DNA of 60,626 bases, counting the filler, from Pirum gemmata (Eukaryota): the NCBI GenBank assembly GCA_002812295.1. It is 7 parts of 7 records of this genome, joined end to end, with 100 filler letters (N's around TTAATTAATTAA, not from the genome) between each part and the next. Parts side by side here need not be neighbours in the genome. Positions count along the whole stretch, not along the records: positions 43,579 to 52,082 come from PDIN01000080.1; positions 52,183 to 60,626 come from PDIN01000082.1; 5 more parts are not named here. One strand, written 5' to 3'. Position 1 is the first letter of the stretch, and every line of letters begins with the position of its first letter. Below the pieces are notes generated by a model, which worked only from the letters and a program-made list of their open reading frames with translations, did no database searches and was not told the origin of the DNA. Of the stretch, positions 51,982-60,626 are shown one piece after another. Both the position numbers and the translations under genes were made by a program.

Positions 51982-52182
51982 CTCTTTTTATGCGTGTCTC
52001 GTGTCGTATCGTATGGTATGGTACGGTATGTAGCCACGTCTAGACGTGGCTTTATAGTCTTTATAGACGCTACTAGCTAGCTNNNNNNNNNNNNNNNNNN
52101 NNNNNNNNNNNNNNNNNNNNNNNNNNTTAATTAATTAANNNNNNNNNNNNNNNNNNNNNNNNNNNNNNNNNNNNNNNNNNNN

Positions 52183-52200
52183 CGTGTGCTCTTCCGATCT
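52183..52200 (+). other. Illumina TruSeq adapter remnant
   Basis: CGTGTGCTCTTCCGATCT at the first base of a contig. Confidence 0.95.
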
Positions 52201-52229
52201 ATTATTATTATATTATAATGGGAATAAAT

Positions 52230-53388
52230 ATAAATTATGGGGAATGAACTGGAAGATTGAATATAATAATAATAAATATTATAAGAAGTTACAATGAGTA
52301 AATTATTATTATAATATTAATATACCTTCCCTATTGTATAATAATATTATATAATTTAATCTAAACATTATCAGTAATAGAGTAGACATGCAGAGGACAG
52401 GAAATTTACATACTAAAAATATAATAATAAAAATAAAAATATTATACTAGTAAATAATAATTGGGAACTATTTCTTGTAGAAAAATATAGATTATTATTA
52501 ATATTATAATTATTATAAATTATATAAATTATAAATTATGGGAATGAACTGGAAGATTGCATATTAATAATATATATAATAATAATAAATATTATAAGAA
52601 GTTACAATGAAAAAATTATGTGTATATTAATTTATAACCTTCCCTATTATATAATAATATTAATAATATTAATTTAACCAATAAAGTATTAATAAATAAC
52701 AAATGAGAAGAATGGAAGGGAATATACAAAAAACTCTATGCCGAAAATATAATAACAATAACAATTTTATAAGACAATAATAATAATAATAATAATAATA
52801 AAAATTTATAATATTTCTACGAGAAATATAAATTATTATTATACTTATTATAAATTATAAAGTATAAATTATGGGAATGAACTGGAAGATTGAATATAAT
52901 AATAATAAATATTATAAAAAGTTACAATGAACAAATTATAATATGTATATATTATAACCTTCCCTATTATATAATAATACTAATAATTTAACTAATAAAG
53001 TATTAATAAATAACAAATGGGAAGAATGGAAGGGAATATACAAAAAACTCTATGCCGAAAATATAATAACAATAATTAATTTTATAAGACAATAATAATA
53101 ATAATAATAATATAGATTATTATTATAATTATTATAAATTATAAATTATAAATTATGGGAATGAACTGGAAGATTGAATATAATAATAATAAATATTATA
53201 AGAAGTTACAATTAACAAATTATGTGTATATTAATTTATAACCTTCCCTATTATAATATAATAATATTAATAATATTAATTTAACCAATAACGTATTAAT
53301 AAATAACAAATGGGAAGAATGGAAGGGAATATACAAAAAACTCTATACCGAAAATAAAATAACAATAATAATTTTATAAGACAATAAG
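52230..53388 (+). repeat. ~300-bp tandem satellite, about 4 units
   Basis: AAATTATGGGAATGAACTGGAAGATTG recurs at ~52232, 52533, 52866 and 53150. Confidence 0.9.
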
Positions 53389-53987
53389 CTATCATAGCTA
53401 TGATCCCGCACCCACTGGCTATAGCTCATAGACTATTGGTAGTCTATCGGTATGTGCAGAGAGTTGGCAGATGCAGACATTGCAGAGACAAAGTAGAGAC
53501 AACTAGTTGACTACTAGTTGGGTGTTTTTTTGGGGGGACGAAAAATTTAAAATTATAGGTATGCATATTTAAAATTCTCTGATTCGGTGAGAATATCTGA
53601 TATATATCTTACTTGTTTCTTGGGGCGGGGGAAACTGCGGGGGATAATTTTTTTTTTTCATTTCTAAACGAATAAACACAAATAAAAACAGTTTTAAAAT
53701 AAAATGTTCTAAATAATATACATATCAGCCAACTGCAGCAGTTAATGTATTATGGTTGTAACTTATAGAGGTATAATATTATGTAGTTGCCATGGTCATG
53801 GTCATGGTCATGGTCATGGAGTGGCATGGTCATGATCATGGTAACTTACTTTACAGATTCATTTATAATTAAGTATGTCGTTGTTGTATTAATAGTTGTT
53901 TTTTGTTTTCATTTGCCACCTGTTTTGACTCACCTGACCCCATGACTCCCAGAAAGTTATGATTACATTATGATGTATTAATAGTTA

Positions 53988-54190
53988 TTGGGTTGGATTG
54001 GGTTGGATTGGGTTGGGTTGGGTTGGGTTGGCTGTTTTGGTTGGGTTGGTTGGGTTGGTTGGGTTAGGTTGCTGGGTTGTTTTGGCTGTTTTGGTTGCTT
54101 CGGTTGTTTTGGTTGTTTTTGGTTTTGTTTTGGTTGTTTTGGTTGTTTTGGTTGTTTTGGTTGTTTTTGGTTGGGTTGGGTTGGATTGGT
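53988..54190. repeat. (GGGTT)n/(GGTTGTTTT)n simple repeat
   Basis: Seen directly; explains the overlapping low-complexity ORFs. Confidence 0.9.
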
Positions 54191-55006
54191 CATGGGGGCT
54201 GTTATTTGGTTGTGTATATTATTGTGTATATTATACATCAATCATTATGGTGTATTATTGAGTGGGGATAATACATCATAATAAGTATTACATAAAAATT
54301 TAATGTTATCATACAAGCTCTTTTTTTCTTGAACTGACGTTGTTTCTAAAAGTGGCTGTGGAACTTTTTGAAAAAAAAAACAGAAACTGACAAAAACAAA
54401 AAAAAAACAAAAACAAAAAACCTAATCATGGTAGTGGAGGTATTCTATGATATTCTATTCAGTAATAAATTATGTGTTATTTTTTCTTTTTTCTTTTTTC
54501 TTTTTTACACATATTATTATCAGCATTATTATAATATTATAGTATCAATATTATTATTATCATATGAGCATATGATTTAATGTTACTTTATTAAGTATTA
54601 TTAGTTACAGCTTCCGTTCAGAGATTCCGTTGCAGCTTTAGACTAACTAGACTAAGTTCTACAAGTCTGAATATGGCACTGGAATATGACACCTCATACT
54701 ACTACTCCCATAGTCAACCAACGTATATAAACAATATTGCTTCTGAATATAATTATTAATATATTATATATATAATTATCATATACGTTTATCTGATAAA
54801 ACCTGAATATACTACTGAATATTATATGATATTATTAATATGTATTAATACCTTGAATCTTGAATATGGAAGGGTTTCTAATTTTCTAAACTATATTTTT
54901 AAAATATTGTTTCGGCCTCCGGTAGCTTTTTTAAAATATCTATCAAATTTAAAAAAAGTATTGCCTATATCTAGAGTATACTGTATTTATGTATACATCA
55001 TAATTA

Positions 55007-55200
55007 TCGTGTTTTTCAATGGTGCCCAGCTCAAAAACTGAAATAAATGTAGCAAATTATTATTATGGTTAAACTATCAGACTTGTTTTAATATGATTTG
55101 GTATTTTAAACTTGATTTTGTATTTTATAAACAGGTTCAATTATACACGTAAACAGTACCAAATTAAAGATTGAGAGGACAGCTGTAATGAAATAGACAA
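55007..55200 (+). mobile_element. MITE family B copy
   Basis: TA-flanked; followed by family A copies at 55260-55436 and 55549-55722. Confidence 0.85.
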
Positions 55201-56677
55201 TATACAGTAATTATATTATATAATATGTATATTATATAAATTGTATAATTTTATTTTTATAGTGCTTTTCAGTTGCTTTGTCATCATAAAATATACAATA
55301 AATAATACCAAATTAATATAATATAAATCTATTTAATTTAATTAATTTGGTATATTTTATTATCTATATACTGATTTAAAACTGTAAATTTAAATATGGT
55401 ATCCCTCCAAATAAAATAAATGAAAAGCAAGCACGATATAATGATAAAATTTTTCATCGTGTATGACTAGCTAGACTAGTCTATGTACTTCTACACTCAT
55501 ACACTAGACTACCTCTACTCATACTCATGATCATAAATTTTAAAAATATCGTGCTTTTCAGCTGTTTTGTCATCATAAAATGTACAATAAAGAGTACCAC
55601 ATTAATACAATATAAATTCATTTCATTTAAAAAATTTGGTATATTATTTTATTATCCATTAAAATTTTATTCATTTAACAATGTCAATTAAAAAATCATA
55701 ACCAACCAAATAAATATTCGGACGATAGACTTGGGGGTCTACGATACTTTGAGGTTTTTTAGACTAGTCTACTGGTTTTTTATATAATATGATATATCAT
55801 ATCGATAGTCGTTATATACTTTTTTTTTAAGAGAAATAATTGGTTAATGGTACATGACTGTACATCATATTATTTATTATGTCGTTTAGTATTGGCTAAT
55901 AATATATTATACAACTATTTTAGAGTATTGTAGAAACTATTGTAGAGTAGACTATTGTAGTATAATTGTACATACCTTATTATATTATTTTATGATAAAG
56001 TTTGGGCAACATTTGGGGGGTTTGGGGAATGGGGATAGCTAGATGGGGTCCTCATGGGGATAGTGTTTAGCTAGAGTTTGGAAATATCATTGGTCTAAAC
56101 TTTTTCTTTTTGGGGTCTAGCAAGTAGCAAGTTAGCAACCGCTAGCTAGTAGCTACTAAGCCTACTAGTTTAGCTACTACTAGCCAAGACACTGTAGATC
56201 TAGCACTGATCATAATATATCAGCCTCACACCCAGATGGCCACATGTGACAATTTTAGAAATTAATTTTCTTAAAAAAGCAAAGCCTAAGTAAGTTATAC
56301 CAGTACTATTTATTACCCTTACTGTACTAAGGATACTATTATAAACTTATTATAATCTGCTAACATGATATCTAATTTTATTTTTCAGTCATTTTTATTA
56401 GTAGATCAAATACAAAAGAATGTCTGAAAATAGCAATATGAAAATTTAGCGATCGACAAATGGAGAAGCCGTATTCCTTCAGCCATTCCTTCAACTCTCT
56501 CCTCTCAGTCAGCTGACACTTCAACACTATGATATCACCTGATTCACCCCTCGATACTAGCTAGCTAACTAGCTAGCCATCATAGGCTTCATAGCTATCA
56601 TAGACTATCATAGAAGACCTAGACTGAAGACCTGTACAGTCCTACTAGCTAGCTAGCTAGACTCTAACTAAGAGTAA

Positions 56678-56915
56678 GGGAGCGTTCAATAATTACGTAA
56701 CGCTGGGGGGTAGGTAGGGGGGGGTCGGATTTTTGTGACAGGCCATGACGCAAAAAAAAGGGTTAGTATATATATAACATGAGGGGTAATTTAGGGTACT
56801 ATTTTTTCCAAATCGTTACGTCATAAGGGGTAGGTAGTCCTTTTCAAACGTGACAGGCGGGTAGTAGGGTAGGTTTTTGTCCCAAATCGGCGTTACGTAA
56901 TTATTGAACGCTCCC
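56678..56915 (+). mobile_element. Intact PIF/Harbinger-like MITE, 238 bp
   Basis: Perfect 26-bp TIR GGGAGCGTTCAATAATTACGTAACGC with TAA duplicated on both sides. Confidence 0.92.
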
Positions 56916-57052
56916 TAAGCAGACTCAAACATATCCATCACTCATCCATCCATAAATTTTGGGGTAAAAAATATCCTGAAAAAATCACTTGATTGCAAAT
57001 GATAGTTCTAGATTCTAATGATAGGTATATAATAATATAATATATTATCGTT

Positions 57053-57236
57053 CGTGCTTTTCATTTATTTTTTCACTCTGAATATTTATTTGGAGGGTTA
57101 TAATCTTTAAATTGACATTTTTAAATCAATATAAAGATAACAAAATATACCAAATTAGATTAAATGGTTTTATATTATATTAATTTGGTAATATTTGTTG
57201 TATACTTTATAATGACAAAACAACCGAAAAGCACTA
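57053..57236 (-). mobile_element. MITE family A copy
   Basis: Matches family A. Confidence 0.85.
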
Positions 57237-57902
57237 TATAATATCATATATATAATATAAGCAAAATCAATCTTTATCAGCAACTTTACCTGGCTATCTT
57301 ATTTAATATTGCAAATGTGGCTTCATAGTCAACTTCTAAGAGCCAACTTTACAGAAAAGCTCAAAGTTCTAAGATAGTGTACATTGTACAATCAAATTTT
57401 GAAAAGTTTTATAACAGAAAACTTATATACACCAATATTTAAGATTATTACCAAACTGAGAGGAAGAATCTGAGACTAACTACTCCCGCTAATATATATA
57501 TACAACTATTAAAACTAGAGTAAAACTAGCATACAACCAACAACATAATAACAACAATAAGTTTTACTACGAACTTTACGATATAAAACAAAATGTATTC
57601 ACAATACCCATTAATACAACAATATAATATATATAAAGTGCCAGTATTCACTCATTTTGTCACTTTTATTGGATTATGTGTCTATATATATAAACGCTTT
57701 TAAGACATCTGGCATGCATTCTCTACCGATAGCTATGTCATAGGATTTATTTATAAGTTGAAATAATAATAGTGAAATAATTCTTAAGTAATTAAATTAG
57801 TATCGATACTGACACACGAATGTAAAATAAGGACCGTAAAATAGTCTAGTCTTATATATATAATAAATACTATCATAATCATATCTGCTGTTCCAGGTAA
57901 TG

Positions 57903-57973
<71 letters not shown>

Positions 57974-58422
57974 GTCATAAAAGCGATCACTGATTATATG
58001 ATACATGTCTCGACTCTCTACCAGTAGTAGTAGTAGTACATATCTATCCGGATACTATTGGATAGCTAGCTAGCTAGTGCAAGCTATCACAAATTCACAA
58101 TAAGCTAGCTACTAGCTAGCTAGTAGTAGCCAGTGGTTTACAGTAGACAGACTATCATAGGGGTTGTATGTACATAATAATTATCATAATATTCTTATGA
58201 TATGTATAAAATACCTAGTATAAAAAAAGTATATAAGCCTAATATAACCTGATAATAAACAAAAAAAAGTAGTAATAATATTTATTATTAAAAAATTAAT
58301 AATTATTTTTATAATATAATAATTTTTTGTTTCCTTTTTTTAATTTTAAAAATTAGAAATAGTAATAAATAAAAAACATTTAAATTATAGTATAATTTTT
58401 ATTAATTAATAACTACAAAAAA

Positions 58423-60219
58423 ATGAAGTTTACACAAAGTTCAATAGCTTATGCCGCTTTATTCTTGGCAACAGCAACGACCTCGAAAGCTGCTGGTGAA
58501 TGTTCTCCATACAATTTTCAAGGTTTGAGTAGCGAAGGCGTTGAATACAAATGTGATAATAGTGATCGTTACCGACTTTTGAAAAAAAGTGAAAACGCAT
58601 TACCAGCGGCTTTAAAGGAGCCGTTTCCCGAAGTTATTATCATACCAGAAACACAGGAACAAGTTGTTGAAATTATTAACCGTGCCCGTGACTACAACTT
58701 ACATGTTTGTGGTAGAGGAGGGGGGCATTCATATGAAGGTTATGCAGCTTGTGATGGTGGTGTTTTATTAGATATGAGGAAGTTTACTTTAAGGAATATT
58801 CCAAACAAAGTAACAGCCCCCAATATAGTAGAAATAGGTGCTGGTTTGATTTTAGGAGAAGTTTATAGTTTTCTTTACAATAACGGTTTAACCTTACCTG
58901 CGGGCACATGTCCGACGGTTGGAGTGGCTGGGCATGCACTTGGTGGTGGTTATGGAATGCTAGCGAGAAAATATGGTTTTGCTGGGGATAGAATCGTAGG
59001 AGCTACGATTGTTACAAGCACCGGAGAAGTAAAAACAGTAAGTGCAACCGAAAATGCTGATCTTTTTTGGGCTATTCGTGGAGGAGGAGGAGGGAATTTC
59101 GGTATTGTCACAAAGTTTATTTTCAATGCAGTAGCTTTGCCCCAAAAAGTTGTTAATGTTTACCAGAATTGGAATGGCCGAAAATACGGAAAAGCTGTGA
59201 TGAAGGCGTTTATAGAAACATTCAAAGCCCACAGTCGCTCGGATGATTGGACTGTAAGAATACAATTGCAAGGTGAAAGCATAAGTTATCATGGTATAGT
59301 TGTAAATACCGACGTGAATGTTGTGCGCGATGAATTGACGAAAGCCTTTGGGAATATTGACCCCAATTCAAGACCTAACGCTTATCCTATGAAAGATTAC
59401 GGCGCAGCTATCATTGCTAATCAAGAAAAGAAAGGTATATCTTTAAAAGATTTCAAACGTGAAACTCCTAGCGATACTAACTTTAAAAGATTAACCAGTG
59501 CAGTATTCGAAACTTTTGATGATGCTGCGATTGATGCTATGTTAAACGCATGGTACTTTGAAAACAGTTTTCCTTCCTGGCCTTCTAAAATTTATCGTCT
59601 GTTCCAGTTCGATCCTTTGGGTGGGGCCATCAACAATATTGGGGAAACAGATACTGCTTTCCCTTACCGCGCTAAACATAAGTATATGGCCCAAATTTTC
59701 AGTATTTTTGATTCTGTCAATGATTACCATAATGAAAACAACTTTGTTAACCGAATTAAACAAAGTGTAGAGCCCTTTTCCACAGGCAACTATATAAATT
59801 ATATCGATAAATATGATGAGGTGAGTAGTTACTACGGTCCTAATTATGATAGGTTAAAAGCTATTAAATCTAAATACGAAGGATCCAATGTAATTTTTGA
59901 CTTTCAGCAATGTATTGGTAGCACTGTTGAACCACCAAGTAGCAACATAACTGATACCTGCACAGAAAAAAATGGCAACCCTTATAGTAGTGGATTTACT
60001 CAATGCTGTGATGGTCTTGAAATGGAGGTCAAAGATTGGGACAACAATAACAATTACTATTACAAATGCATACCGAAAGCTGTCAACACTGGTTGTACTC
60101 CACTGGGCAAAGATCCATTCGCCCAAGGGAAAGGAGAAGTGCCATGTTGCAAACCATATAAAAAAAAGGTAAAGAACTGGTTGGGTGGACACAACTGGTT
60201 TTGGAAATGTGTTGAATAA
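58423..60219 (+). CDS. Secreted FAD-linked oxidase, berberine-bridge-enzyme-like (VAO/PCMH fold; AA7 oligosaccharide-oxidase-like), with two C-terminal Cys-rich modules
   Basis: Signal peptide; RGGGHSYEG (FAD-His); PAGTCPTVGVAGHALGGGYG (FAD-Cys); DLFWAIRGGGGGNFGIVT; BBE C-terminal YINYID...YYGPNYDRLKAIKSKY; intronless. Confidence 0.95.
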   Translation: MKFTQSSIAYAALFLATATTSKAAGECSPYNFQGLSSEGVEYKCDNSDRYRLLKKSENALPAALKEPFPEVIIIPETQEQVVEIINRARDYNLHVCGRGGGHSYEGYAACDGGVLLDMRKFTLRNIPNKVTAPNIVEIGAGLILGEVYSFLYNNGLTLPAGTCPTVGVAGHALGGGYGMLARKYGFAGDRIVGATIVTSTGEVKTVSATENADLFWAIRGGGGGNFGIVTKFIFNAVALPQKVVNVYQNWNGRKYGKAVMKAFIETFKAHSRSDDWTVRIQLQGESISYHGIVVNTDVNVVRDELTKAFGNIDPNSRPNAYPMKDYGAAIIANQEKKGISLKDFKRETPSDTNFKRLTSAVFETFDDAAIDAMLNAWYFENSFPSWPSKIYRLFQFDPLGGAINNIGETDTAFPYRAKHKYMAQIFSIFDSVNDYHNENNFVNRIKQSVEPFSTGNYINYIDKYDEVSSYYGPNYDRLKAIKSKYEGSNVIFDFQQCIGSTVEPPSSNITDTCTEKNGNPYSSGFTQCCDGLEMEVKDWDNNNNYYYKCIPKAVNTGCTPLGKDPFAQGKGEVPCCKPYKKKVKNWLGGHNWFWKCVE

Positions 60220-60626
60220 ATAATTTTATGTATTAATAATATTAATAAAGCAAGTTGTCTTAATTTAACGTTTTTTTGTTGTTTGGTTTTGATGTTAAAT
60301 GCTGTAGTCTAACTGTTTGACTTAATTGCAGCAGACATTTATTCATTTAATAAATAGCATGAAATCAGGGTGAATAACATGTCTTACAGAATAAATCCGT
60401 ACAGCTATCCGTACCCACAAAGAACGAACAATATGAACGGGCTTTTCACATATTTTACAAAAATTAAATCCTCTACACTTTTGCCACACAAACTTTGGGA
60501 ATTTTTAAGAGTAATCTACTCTGTGGCATTTTCTTGCTAATGCATGAGAGACTAAATTGTCGCACATGACACGATACGGCATGGATATTTCTAAAAACAA
60601 TGTTCTGTATAATAATAATAATAATA

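Overview
This is very AT-rich eukaryotic DNA with GT-AG introns, TTAGGG repeats and AAT/poly-A microsatellites. It is not one locus. Seven contigs of about 8.4-8.7 kb are joined by identical artificial 100-bp spacers (N44-TTAATTAATTAA-N44), and one contig starts with an Illumina adapter remnant. Genes supported by the sequence: a spliced cathepsin B (6 exons seen, 3' end lost at a contig edge); an intronless secreted 716-aa precursor with polybasic cleavage sites; an intronless orphan 375-aa ORF; a Ser/Thr/Pro-rich mucin-like exon flanked by Cys-rich modules; and an intronless secreted BBE-like/AA7-type flavin oxidase with two unassigned Cys/aromatic C-terminal modules. The rest is dense in mobile-element relics. 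These include several MITE families whose TIRs and TSDs are readable (TA, TWA, 6-bp and 8-bp TSDs), a decayed DIRS-type RT/RNase H frame absent from the ORF track, probable L1-like 3' fragments, and interstitial telomeric arrays, two of them flanked by exact target duplications. All family assignments come from motif recognition by eye; no searches were run.
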